A stretch of DNA of 35,609 nt from the sequence record DRR723986_7750, one strand, 5' to 3'. The notes beneath the pieces are model-generated. The model had not been told where the DNA came from. It ran no database searches and saw only the letters and a program-made list of their open reading frames with translations. Shown here in pieces: positions 17,884 to 28,018 of this stretch; within the stretch, counting starts at the first letter, position 1, and each line of letters opens with the position of its first letter. The position numbers and the translations under genes are program-made.

Positions 17884-18390
17884 AGTAAGCACTTCTAGGA
17901 TTAGATAGTGAAAACACAGCTCGTCCGCACAACCCATTTTGAAGATTGGTCGTGAAAGGATCAGAAAGTAGTTGCCCAGTTAGGCGTTTAAGCTTCACGG
18001 CGACAGGTGGTAATTATTCCGGTAGAAGCACAGAGGTTCTAGACGTAGGTGATGCGTTGCAAATCAAACTGGTACGCGTTTGGCAATGACAGGAGCAAGA
18101 CTAATCTTGACTCTTGGTGAAAGCTCAATAATGTGTATCCAGCAGTTTCGGAAGCTCGGAGGAGTAGTTGGTTCAAGAACTATCTCATCCACCTACGTTT
18201 GGGAAGGTTTAGTTCCCACCGTTGGCCGAGATTGCGTAGCCCGGTACGATTATTCGTCCGGGCTGTTTATGGTATTGATTCTACTGGGGAAAGGATTAAA
18301 TAGTCCGTGCAGAGAATCTTGCACAAGAAAACACTATCTCAAAAGTTTGACAAGTTGCGGAGGTCACTTTATGGGGTAAGTCGGTAGCAT

Positions 18391-19788
18391 TTAAGTCTCT
18401 GGCTGACTTGATGACAGCTTCAGTAATTCTAGGTTCAAATTCATTTTTGTGTGGATGCCTAACTTTTTCCGAATGCTCGATCGGTAGTTTTTCAGCGATT
18501 TTTCACTGACATTCAGCATTTGAGCGTGTTGCTTGACTCTTATATTGGGATCCAGCCAAATTTGGCAGATGACAATGATCTCAAGTTGTTTGAAGGGCAT
18601 TGGATTGTTTAATATCCTATCGATCAGTGTTTTATCGACACGGTTCATTATGGACAATTGATCGGATGGGAAATCAAGAAAATGATCGGATATTTGATGA
18701 CTGAGCTTCTCATGTTCGTCTTTTTGAGTTGAGGGGAGAGCTGACTTTTTCTGAGAAAGTACGTTCAATTGCGACTGAATGTTCGCTAGTAATTGATTTT
18801 TGCTTTCTCTGTCATTAAGCAACTTGTCTATTTCTTTGTGCAAATAGCTATATACCGCTTCCGCGTGCCTCGGAGTTTTATGATAGTTAAACTTTAAGCC
18901 CAAAGTTGTGCCTTTTTGCATTAGGGCGAGGCCCTCTGGGAATCGATTTTGCTTCATTCGAACAGCCGAAAGATTCAAATATGTAATTACCAAGTCTTCA
19001 TGATCATCTAGTGTTTCGAACTGTTTGGTACTAGTCTGAAAGTAATTTGAAGCTTGTTCTAGTTGATCCATCTTTTCATAAACTATTCCCAAATTACACG
19101 TGTTGTGTGCGATACCGCGATCGTTGCCCAATTTTGTAAATAGATCTAGTCCTAGTTCTGAGTAATGCTTTGCTTTCTCCAGGTAGCCATGATCTTGGAA
19201 TTCTCGGCCAAGTGCTGTGTATGTCAACGCTTTTGCATTGTTATTGTTTGTTTGTTCGGCTATGTCGAGAGCTTTCATAAAATATTCTACTGCATCTTTC
19301 GCTCTCCCCAACATAGAAAGTGCATTTCCGATATTCAAATGGCTTGTTGCAAGTATGGATCGATAATCAGGATATTTTTCTCGATGAGTAAACTGTATAC
19401 AACGTTTTTCTATGCGGATTTGAGTTTCAAGTAAATTCATTTTGCCATAGCACATTGCCAATTGACTTTGGATGATCGTCATCATGCGACTGTCTCCAAG
19501 CCTCGAGCAATGGATGGTTGCTTGCACATTCTCTTCTACAGCTGATTCAAAATCGTAAACGTAATAGAAATACAGTCCTTTGATCTTGTGGACGTGTGCC
19601 AAATCAAAATTGCTGTGATTTTTGTGTGCAAGCGTAAACGCCTTTTCGATTGCTTTCAAAGCCACTGCTGTGTCTACGGACAAAGCATGATACGCCGCCT
19701 TGCACAGCTCAAGTACCAAGTTTGCGTCATCCTGTTCCTTTTCAAGTAATACAGTGATTCGGCTAAGCACAGTTCTAAATTCAGACAT
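18391..19788 (-). CDS. TPR-repeat protein with a C-terminal LuxR-like HTH (transcriptional regulator)
   Basis: Repeats such as 'ATSHLNIGNAL...AVEYFMKAL' and 'IAHNTCNLGIVY'; C-terminal 'AQMLNVSEKSLKNYRSSIRKKLGI'. Start uncertain (ORF is open to 19971). Confidence 0.85.
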   Translation of the reverse strand: MSEFRTVLSRITVLLEKEQDDANLVLELCKAAYHALSVDTAVALKAIEKAFTLAHKNHSNFDLAHVHKIKGLYFYYVYDFESAVEENVQATIHCSRLGDSRMMTIIQSQLAMCYGKMNLLETQIRIEKRCIQFTHREKYPDYRSILATSHLNIGNALSMLGRAKDAVEYFMKALDIAEQTNNNNAKALTYTALGREFQDHGYLEKAKHYSELGLDLFTKLGNDRGIAHNTCNLGIVYEKMDQLEQASNYFQTSTKQFETLDDHEDLVITYLNLSAVRMKQNRFPEGLALMQKGTTLGLKFNYHKTPRHAEAVYSYLHKEIDKLLNDRESKNQLLANIQSQLNVLSQKKSALPSTQKDEHEKLSHQISDHFLDFPSDQLSIMNRVDKTLIDRILNNPMPFKQLEIIVICQIWLDPNIRVKQHAQMLNVSEKSLKNYRSSIRKKLGIHTKMNLNLELLKLSSSQPET

Positions 19789-20717
19789 TTGTAGCGACCC
19801 TAACTTTGAGGTTTCTGGTTGACATACATATTTTGAAGTTGAGCATATTTGACCGAAGTGAAATGCTAATGAATAGGATGTTTCGAGTTTGGCACTCAAC
19901 GGCGAAACAACCAGATCAGTTCTAGGTTTGCAACGAGACTGCTTTACTAAAGACGCGGTAGAATAATTCACTTTGGTGCATTCTCAACTCGCTTAACCAA
20001 ATATACTATTGAGATTGAAGTATTGAAACTTACAGGATGTGGCTACCCACCCAAAGTTCCTTCCCATACTCGATTGAAACCACTCTGACACGTCATCCTT
20101 CTTCTCTTAGGAATCTGTGAAATTCTGTTTAATCCGATGGTAATTCTGTGACCCGGTATTTTCTAAATCTCCCGCTCTAGAGTCCTGCATTCAGCGGTGG
20201 TGAGCACACTGAATTGACGCTAAACAGGGCAAGAGAAGGAAATAAATTGTCCCATCTAGATGTATGTGATACGCCAATCGTGACCCGAAAGAGAACCCAT
20301 ATACGAAAATAGAGTTGTCTAAAAGTTTCCTTCCTATTAGCTTTTGCCACTGAACCAACGGTCAAACTGTGGACATAACCACAATTTTAGCCCAAATCAA
20401 TCACATTGAGTCCCGAGAGTGGAAGAAAGGACGGTGACAAATCTTTTGTATGGAAATGGCATGTCAGGGCTGGTTGAATTTCTCGCCGCATGATGCATTC
20501 AGTATGCGTCTTGGAAGCCGCGAGATGTGCGAGGTCTGCCGAGCACAGTGAATTCTCTTGCGTTCCGACTCGACCGAATCGAATAGAGAGTGAGTCTTGT
20601 GAATAGGTCTCACCATCACTGCTGTGCCACCCAGAATGTCCGAAACAGTTCAACTTTGAGTCACTGCCTGATTTTGAACTGTGTGTGGCTACAGAGCCTT
20701 TTACGGTGCTTTATCCA

Positions 20718-20930
20718 CTATTCATCGTAGATGTCATAGATGTCCAGGAATTCAAGCTGGGGACTGAATTGTTGGACAATAGACTGCTCTTGGGTGGGAT
20801 TGCTGTGAATTTGATCGATCGCCGGCTGATTGGCAACCTTGAGCGTATCAATTTCTTGGTAACTGTACGACCCGGGACTGAAAATGGCTCCCAAATACAA
20901 AAGTATACAGAGAAGTGTCTCAAAACCCAT
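20718..20930 (-). CDS. Small secreted or membrane-anchored protein
   Basis: 70 aa, hydrophobic N-terminus 'LLCILLYLGAIF', AAGGAA upstream, divergent from 21103. Confidence 0.6.
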   Translation of the reverse strand: MGFETLLCILLYLGAIFSPGSYSYQEIDTLKVANQPAIDQIHSNPTQEQSIVQQFSPQLEFLDIYDIYDE

Positions 20931-21102
20931 GATATCACGTTCCTTATGTGTGTAGATCCACAAATTGACCGAGGGACGCAGGATAGTGACTTTCGCCACG
21001 TAGAGCGAAATCAAAAATGGGTGAATTGTGACTCGCCTCAAAGTTTTGTGAACCAATTGAATCGACTCAATTCGACCAAAATCTGCCTTTTGAGGAAAGA
21101 TA

Positions 21103-22704
21103 ATGCGTGCTATTCGTGAAATGTATGACTTGGTAAAACGCCTCACCAGCCGAGGGCATGTGGCGGTAGACTACTTTCTTGATCCCGAATATGCGAGCAC
21201 CAAGTTGCTCCGGGGAATAGAAGAAGGACGATATCAGGATGATGAATCTGCTATGGCAGATATGTTTGAGCAGGCTGGCGATAACAAAAAACGTTCGCAG
21301 TCCTATCGAAAGACTAAGTATGATCTCATCCGCCGTCTCATCAATCTGCACTACTTTATAGTGATCCGGTCAGGTACACACGCAGAGTTCAAAGTGAACG
21401 CCTACGCCGCCAAGAAAGAACTGCTCGTTGCAGAAGTGTGTCAATGGTTTCAGTGCCATGAGGCTATGAAGCTCATTGCCCGAAGGGTCTTAATAAAAGC
21501 CAGACACTATCACTTGACCTATGAGCATGTCCGGAGTGCGGAACTTCTGAGGAATTATTACACGTTACGAGGGCCTTCAAAAGACTGCTTGATGCATGCA
21601 GACGAAGCGACATCCGCTGGGAAAGTGTTTCAAGCAGAATTAGCGGCCTCAAATATTCATGCAGCCATCAAATCGGAATTGACTTCCAGACTGGCACTCG
21701 ATCCCGATAAACACAGCTACTACGAAGTTCAGTGTAAGCAGTTAAAAAACTTGGTAGATACACATCAAACTCGTCAGCTCTGGCAAGTGTACAGTGATAC
21801 GGCTGGTCTCGTGTTTCGGCAAATGGGGCATACGGAAAAAGCACTTGAAGTGTATGAAGCGTTTTCTCACTTTCTCAGTGTCAACAAACATTTGAGTTCT
21901 GCCAAAAGGCAAGCTCAAGTATGTTTTTATCTCTTGCGTTGCCACTTGACATCGCGAAACTATGCCGAAGCTCGCCAAGTCATTCAACGCTCAGATCAAT
22001 TCTTGGAATTTGGCACGTTTAACTGGTATCGGCACAAGTTAATTCACTGCATCATCTATATGCACGGCAAGTCTTGGGACAAAGCCATAGAGACTTTTCT
22101 CTGGGTCATTCAGCAGCCGAATTTTACAAAAGAAAGCATTCGGGTTGAACTATGGAGTGTGGTGGAAGGTTATTTGCGATTCTTTTGCGACCAGCATGAA
22201 CTATTGCCAGAAGACAAAACTATTCACGGCCAGGTCTTTCAACTACATCACCTGATGCAAGAAATCGAATTCAGCCGATGGGATAAAGCCGGTATGAATG
22301 TAGCCATCATGATTTTTCAGGGACTGAACTATCTCCAAAAGCACCAATTTGATTTATTAGACGGTCGAATTGATGCCATGCGGAATTACGCATCAAAATT
22401 CCTCAAAAAGGACAAGAGCGGACGCTTTGAGCGAACTCGTACTTTGTTTCGCATGTTTTCCGTGATGAAAACGTGTCATTATGATGCAGTCAAAACGTGT
22501 AAACAAACACAAGACAAGTGGGAAAAGTTAAAAGAGCACAGCTCACCGGGTATGGCCCGAGGCATCCAAATCGAAGAGTTTGTGCCTTACGAAACCGTCT
22601 GGGAAAAAGTTTTGTACGAACTCGAAGCCATTCACGCACAAGGCGTGCTTGTCAATGAGTTTCGCGGAACCGATAAAGAGAATGCCGAAACAGTCCGTGC
22701 TTGA
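21103..22704 (+). CDS. Large all-helical (TPR-like) hypothetical protein, possibly a regulator
   Basis: 533-aa ORF with TPR-like helices and a basic N-terminal 'SYRKTKYDL..RL' segment. Confidence 0.75.
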   Translation: MRAIREMYDLVKRLTSRGHVAVDYFLDPEYASTKLLRGIEEGRYQDDESAMADMFEQAGDNKKRSQSYRKTKYDLIRRLINLHYFIVIRSGTHAEFKVNAYAAKKELLVAEVCQWFQCHEAMKLIARRVLIKARHYHLTYEHVRSAELLRNYYTLRGPSKDCLMHADEATSAGKVFQAELAASNIHAAIKSELTSRLALDPDKHSYYEVQCKQLKNLVDTHQTRQLWQVYSDTAGLVFRQMGHTEKALEVYEAFSHFLSVNKHLSSAKRQAQVCFYLLRCHLTSRNYAEARQVIQRSDQFLEFGTFNWYRHKLIHCIIYMHGKSWDKAIETFLWVIQQPNFTKESIRVELWSVVEGYLRFFCDQHELLPEDKTIHGQVFQLHHLMQEIEFSRWDKAGMNVAIMIFQGLNYLQKHQFDLLDGRIDAMRNYASKFLKKDKSGRFERTRTLFRMFSVMKTCHYDAVKTCKQTQDKWEKLKEHSSPGMARGIQIEEFVPYETVWEKVLYELEAIHAQGVLVNEFRGTDKENAETVRA

Positions 22705-22903
22705 TTCAAATGCTTCGTCAATCACACATGTCAACTTGTTGCCGGCTTAATTGTGGTGTGAAGTAAACACAAAAATAAACATTCATTTTCCCCAGATTCA
22801 TAGCAAGGTTGTGAAACTGGGGGTGGGGATGGTATGCCTTTACCCAATCATGTGCTATTGGCACTAGGTAACATTGGATACGTTCGTAGGGGAAATAGAA
22901 AGA

Positions 22904-23296
22904 ATGGCAAAGTTCGAAATTGTTGATCCGCAGCTCCGACGTGTCTTGGTGGAGAAGACAGGACACGTTCGTCTCATTCACGAATATCAGTACGAAACAG
23001 CATTCGAAATATTCCAGTATGTTAAGTCTCGATTAAATAAACAGATTGCGTGTGATGACAGTGTTCAGCCGTTCCTTGATTACATTGAGCGTTTCTTTGG
23101 ATATTCTGTGGCAGAATACGATCCAAAATCGCCGAGCTATTTGGACGGACTCGTTTTACACATGTCCTCAATTTTTGAGGATAGTGTGTTGAATCATGTC
23201 CAAAAAGCGAGACTGTTGATCGCATCCGGAAATCTATTTGAAATGAACCGAATCCTCATTGATATTGCCAATCAAATCCACAGAGATTCATCATAA
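22904..23296 (+). CDS. Hypothetical protein, paralog of 23381-23776
   Basis: Aligns by eye with the next ORF (I..P.LR; VL.M...F.D..L; A.GNL). Confidence 0.8.
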   Translation: MAKFEIVDPQLRRVLVEKTGHVRLIHEYQYETAFEIFQYVKSRLNKQIACDDSVQPFLDYIERFFGYSVAEYDPKSPSYLDGLVLHMSSIFEDSVLNHVQKARLLIASGNLFEMNRILIDIANQIHRDSS

Positions 23297-23380
23297 TTGG
23301 CAGCTCAGTGATTCGCGACTTTTGTTTAACGAATGTTGTTGAAATAGATGTTCCAAATCCTTCACATTGCAGGTCGAAAC

Positions 23381-23776
23381 ATGTCTGCCGTCAACATCTT
23401 AAATCCTCGATTACGAAGCCTTGTCCGAGAAAGGTTTGAGCAAGCACTCAAACCAATCGAAGTGTTGCCGGCGTATGCGGAAACTCTGTTTGACTTCATA
23501 ATGTTCGTTGATCGAGCATATTATGAAAATCAGTTGCCATCAGACTGTTTTATCATACTGGAGCACTTGGGGACGTGGTTCAGATATGTGGCTCAGTACG
23601 GCAAACTTGATGATCACGAAGCTTTTAACGACATAATCGTTCTCGAGATGGCAAAAGTTTTTGCTGATTATCGATTATCACCGGGAAACCGGATTCAGAT
23701 TATTTACGCCTGTGGGAACTTACCGTATCTGGTTCAATTGCTCGAAGGCTATGCTAATCATCCGTTTCGGTCTTAG
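23381..23776 (+). CDS. Hypothetical protein, paralog of 22904-23296
   Basis: Same shared pattern as 22904-23296. Confidence 0.8.
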   Translation: MSAVNILNPRLRSLVRERFEQALKPIEVLPAYAETLFDFIMFVDRAYYENQLPSDCFIILEHLGTWFRYVAQYGKLDDHEAFNDIIVLEMAKVFADYRLSPGNRIQIIYACGNLPYLVQLLEGYANHPFRS

Positions 23777-23830
23777 GAAAACAAACCGACTAAATTCACA
23801 ACCTCTTGAAGTTTGTTCCGCTAAAGGTTT

Positions 23831-24523
23831 ATGTCTCAATTACCGTTCAAAACAGAAACGGCACAACAACTTCATGCCGTATTTCAACAATTTGTGTCAG
23901 AAGGACATTCACTCAAAAAGGTGTTTGAGGACTTTGTCCAACTCACCGTATATGGCTTTTCTCCTTTTGTAAACGTCCCGGTTATAAACCAAGTGATAAG
24001 CCAATGGCCATTGCGATCTGGAGAATCTTTTGTTGAATCGTTGCAAGCACAATTCCTGAAAGCTATTGCCATACTTGACCGAGGTATGGATCGGGAACAG
24101 TGCGACATATTGGGAGACTATTTCGAGACCGTTTTTTTTGGTGAAAAGTCAAAAGGACAAATATTAACCGGCGATCGATTGGTTGACCTAGTGAATGGTT
24201 TGACCTTCTTGTCCAAAAGCCAGTCAGAAGGAACCATCCTCGATCCCTGTTGTGGGTCTGGAAGATTTCTCTTATCCGCTGGAAACTTGAATCCAAAAAA
24301 CTTTCTCATCGGTGTTGACATTGACCTGCTCATGGCAAATATGTGTGCCGTTAATCTCGCCATGCACGGACTCCGAGGTGTCGTGATCTGGGCTGACATC
24401 TTTGATATTGATTTCGAACACCCGGAATGCACTACTTACAATCGAGTCTACGAAATTGGCATCGTCGCACCACGTGTCATTCGAGTTACGAATACGTTCA
24501 ACTTTCGATTTTGTGAAGAATGA
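23831..24523 (+). CDS. N6 DNA-methylase-like SAM-binding protein (short, no NPP[YF])
   Basis: 'DILGDYF', 'GQILT', 'ILDPCCGSGRFLL', 'GVDID' and 'MCAVNL'. Confidence 0.85.
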   Translation: MSQLPFKTETAQQLHAVFQQFVSEGHSLKKVFEDFVQLTVYGFSPFVNVPVINQVISQWPLRSGESFVESLQAQFLKAIAILDRGMDREQCDILGDYFETVFFGEKSKGQILTGDRLVDLVNGLTFLSKSQSEGTILDPCCGSGRFLLSAGNLNPKNFLIGVDIDLLMANMCAVNLAMHGLRGVVIWADIFDIDFEHPECTTYNRVYEIGIVAPRVIRVTNTFNFRFCEE

Positions 24524-24693
24524 TATTACCGGCTGAATGAAAGCGAAATGTCTTTGCGAACCGGGTTGTTTTCCAACCCCAAAAATGCCATGCGGCATCG
24601 GAAAAACAAGGTAGTACAAAGTCTCCACCTTGTTTTTCCGATTCGTACCTCATGGCTAGATGAAAGGGTTGTCAAACTAACCCTGGATTCGAA

Positions 24694-25440
24694 ATGCCAA
24701 AAATTCGCTTTACTACTCAGTCTGCTAAAAAGCTTCACGATATCTTTAGTCTCTTCGAACGCGACGGTCACGATCTCAGAAACGTATTCGACGATTTTCT
24801 TATCATGTCGATCTGTGCGTTGTCTGGCGGTGCGATGGAGGACCAATATCTTGAAATCGCCCGAAAATGGCCTCGTCGAGACGGAGAAGGCATTGGCGAA
24901 GGACTCATTGACGAATTTCCGAAAGCCTTTGCAACACTCGTCGAAGGGATGGAAACCGAAAAATGCGACGTTCTCGGTGACTACTTCATGGGAGCGATCA
25001 GTCACGGACACAATGGACAGTATTTCACACCCGACAATATCTGCAATTTGATGGCACAAATGATAGAGCCAAAGTCAGGAGAATCAGTTGCAGACTTTTG
25101 TTGCGGGAGTGGTCGCACCTTACTCGCAGGGGCAAAAACGAATCCAAACGGTCTGTTTGTCGGGAAAGACATCGATCTGCGATGCGTTCAAATGTGTACG
25201 ATCAATCTCGCACTAAACGGACTTCGAGGTTTTGTCATCTGGGGGAATGGACTAACTGATGAACAGAATCGAGTCTATCAAACAGGGTTTAATGGTCGAG
25301 GGTTTGTGAAAGAGATTGATCCGGAGCTTCACAGTTTTAGTCCCACTTCAGCGGCCAGCGATGCCCCAGTTTCGGAAATGGAAAAACGTAGTAATGGATC
25401 AGACCAGCTGTCTTTGTTTATTGATTTACAGAATGACTGA
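24694..25440 (+). CDS. N6 DNA-methylase-like SAM-binding protein (short, no NPP[YF])
   Basis: 'DVLGDYFM', 'GQYFTP', 'DFCCGSGRTLL', 'GKDID' and 'WGNGL'. Confidence 0.88.
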   Translation: MPKIRFTTQSAKKLHDIFSLFERDGHDLRNVFDDFLIMSICALSGGAMEDQYLEIARKWPRRDGEGIGEGLIDEFPKAFATLVEGMETEKCDVLGDYFMGAISHGHNGQYFTPDNICNLMAQMIEPKSGESVADFCCGSGRTLLAGAKTNPNGLFVGKDIDLRCVQMCTINLALNGLRGFVIWGNGLTDEQNRVYQTGFNGRGFVKEIDPELHSFSPTSAASDAPVSEMEKRSNGSDQLSLFIDLQND

Positions 25441-25605
25441 TAGGCCCGAAGCTCGAGAAACCGACCTGAAATCCGGAAAATTCTTCTTCTCAATCATGTT
25501 ATTGTGTGCCTCAGCAATTGTTGTTTGCCGACTTTTGGAGAAATTGTTGTAGGGTATAGAAAACGTTTGTAGTATAAATTGAACTAGTCAAGATCTAGAA
25601 TAGAT

Positions 25606-26103
25606 CTATTCTAGATCATATTTCTTGTAATAATAATACGCCCTACTTCTTCTAATTTTTTCTTTCCTAAGATATGATTCAAAGACAGCTTCACTTACAT
25701 TTAAGGGGGTGTCCTCCAATAGCCTTCTGTCACTACTTGAATTGACTTTTAATCCATAGACTTTCACAACATTTTCTTTTACTTCCAGAGCATAAACTTC
25801 TGCATATCTTTTCCCTTTTTCCCAATATGACATGCAAAAATATAGTTGGCTGTTAATTCGGTGAAAAGTTAAGTCAGTATTTAAAGTTGCTTCAGGCCCT
25901 ATAATTTTCATGAAAGCCCAATAGTCATCCTTTTTTCTAATTTCAATTCGAGTATCATCATTAAATTCCCACCCACCTTCAAGCGAATCCTCTATTTTTA
26001 CTTTGTTTGATTCCAATAACACATTGTTCACTCCTGAAGGGCAACCATACAAGGCGAGAATACCAAAGAAAAGAAACAAGCGGTAAAATTTGGACTTAGT
26101 CAT
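25606..26103 (-). CDS. Putative lipoprotein
   Basis: Basic N-terminus, hydrophobic core and lipobox-like LYG-C. Confidence 0.75.
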   Translation of the reverse strand: MTKSKFYRLFLFFGILALYGCPSGVNNVLLESNKVKIEDSLEGGWEFNDDTRIEIRKKDDYWAFMKIIGPEATLNTDLTFHRINSQLYFCMSYWEKGKRYAEVYALEVKENVVKVYGLKVNSSSDRRLLEDTPLNVSEAVFESYLRKEKIRRSRAYYYYKKYDLE

Positions 26104-26372
26104 ATCATTTTTGTTGAGATTGATTGTGTTCGATACATCATTGCCAACAATTGATTTTGACTACCGTTCTTATACTGTCAAGTTAAAGGGATAAGAACAA
26201 TTGCCTATGTATTGCTTGGCTAGTACTAAATCAAAAGTTGCTTGATACAAGGTAGCGTCCGTACTACAAAAGTTGAGTTCTATACGTCGCAATGGACAGT
26301 GCTTGATAAAATTTCAAGTAAATCCGGTGCTAACTCATAAGTTTTTTTATCTCACGATAAATCTTCAATACT

Positions 26373-27023
26373 TTACCAATTAAGACCATATTCAGTGCAA
26401 AAAAAATCCAGTTTGTCTACATTTGCATCAAATTGCCTACGTAGCTCAACCTTCTTTTTTTCAAGTGACTCCATGTACTCGAAATAGTCCATTATTGGGG
26501 TCTGACTATCATCTATAACTTCTATGATCCCCGCTATCAATAGTCCTTCAACGGAATTGTATTGCTTTGCAATGGCAATATCATCTCTAAGATTCCACCA
26601 TTCCTGCATTGTACGAATGGCTCTTGTAAATGCTGATCTAAAATCGGCAGGGCACCCTGTTAAGTCTATTTTCAGGAGAGCATCTGTAGCTGCCTCCTTG
26701 GTTTTATAATTGCCTTTTTCGTTTCTTGCGGTAAATGCCAAAAACTCTTCTCTTACGCGTATTATCGCTCTCTTTTCACTATCAAATTTTTCCTTAGCAA
26801 TTCGCTTCTTCTCGTCTTCTCTCCTAAGTTTCTCTCTCTCTAACTCGAGACGCTGACGTTCAAGCTCAACTTGCTCTTGCTGAAGCCGAAGATCTTGCTG
26901 AAGCCTAGAGCTATTGCTATGGTCTTCCTGCTCCGAACTACATGCAAATATTAAAACTGAAACGCTTAATATTAGTATGGAAAATGCCTTGTTAATCTTG
27001 ATGGTATTGTACAAGAGTATCAT
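26373..27023 (-). CDS. Putative lipoprotein with a coiled coil
   Basis: Lipobox-like IFA-CS followed by a Q/E/R/K-rich coiled coil. Confidence 0.75.
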   Translation of the reverse strand: MILLYNTIKINKAFSILILSVSVLIFACSSEQEDHSNSSRLQQDLRLQQEQVELERQRLELEREKLRREDEKKRIAKEKFDSEKRAIIRVREEFLAFTARNEKGNYKTKEAATDALLKIDLTGCPADFRSAFTRAIRTMQEWWNLRDDIAIAKQYNSVEGLLIAGIIEVIDDSQTPIMDYFEYMESLEKKKVELRRQFDANVDKLDFFCTEYGLNW

Positions 27024-27787
27024 ATGACGCATCCACGTTTAATAGAGGTGTTAAAACTGTTACTCTGTAAGGCAAATGCTGGTTCCTTGACGCACCGCAA
27101 CAATGTTGTAGACGGATTTTATGTCTGGATCGCCGCCAACGAACAGGGAGTAATGGGCTCTATTCAAAAGAATATCATTATACCAAGAAATCAGGCGGAT
27201 TTTGTTTATTCCTGTTTGAATTACTGGCTACCGTGAGTGTAGATTCCCGTGGTTATACTACTGTATTATCTCAGTTATTCCCAGATGATATGAGAAACGT
27301 GATTACAATCTATCCCCAATATTGTGGAATGAATATGCTGCCGGGAAATTGCGATTGCACAGACAACTCCAGTAAATTCGTAAAAGTCGTTTAAATATCC
27401 AAGGATTGTTATAGGCAGATATTGATAATTTTCTCGAAATCAGATCCTTGGGATGATTGATTTAGGAAGGTTTGATACGCCAGAGGCAGTACAGTTGAGT
27501 AAAATTGCAATCTGCAAATGCTTGTATAGATCAAAACTGGCTTCGAGAAGATTTGCTTGATATAGAGCTTTGATGCCAGCACGGATCGTCCCGAATCGAA
27601 GAAATAGAGTTGCGAATTCGCAGTCAGTAGTTCTCAAAACCCTCAAGTCGTGTGTATTAGTCAGAAGTACCAGCACTTAAGTATGGGAGGAGCTTTACTT
27701 TGAGTCCGTCAAATCCATGAACTAAAGATTAAAAGAATGAGTAAATGAGAATCAAGAGTGATGAGGCGATACACGTAGAATTCCGGC

Positions 27788-27988
27788 ATGCCAGCAGATG
27801 AACTAATACGCCAAATAAGAACCGACATCCGCAAAATTTTGTGTGACAAATCATGCAAACGCAAACGACCAATTATTCAAACACAAATCCAATTCTCTCC
27901 CCAAGATCCCGACCACCTCTGGCAAGACGTCTACGAACTCCTCGAATCATTCGATTGGTTTTTTGACTTTAAAGACAAAAACAAGTAG
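27788..27988 (+). CDS. Small hypothetical protein upstream of the serine recombinase
   Basis: 66-aa ATG ORF ending 30 nt before the recombinase gene. Confidence 0.5.
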   Translation: MPADELIRQIRTDIRKILCDKSCKRKRPIIQTQIQFSPQDPDHLWQDVYELLESFDWFFDFKDKNK

Positions 27989-28018
27989 GGAGAATGTAGT
28001 TGCTCATTCTCCCTCAAA

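Noticed and set aside
24526-25059. Long alternative-frame and antisense ORFs (also 3165-3751, 6041-6418, 15463-16334, 34429-34839)
   Set aside because: They are shadows of well-supported genes and have no motifs of their own.
27030-27780. Short ORFs or a pseudogene in the intergenic stretch
   Set aside because: Several short frames but no recognisable motif; I cannot support a call.
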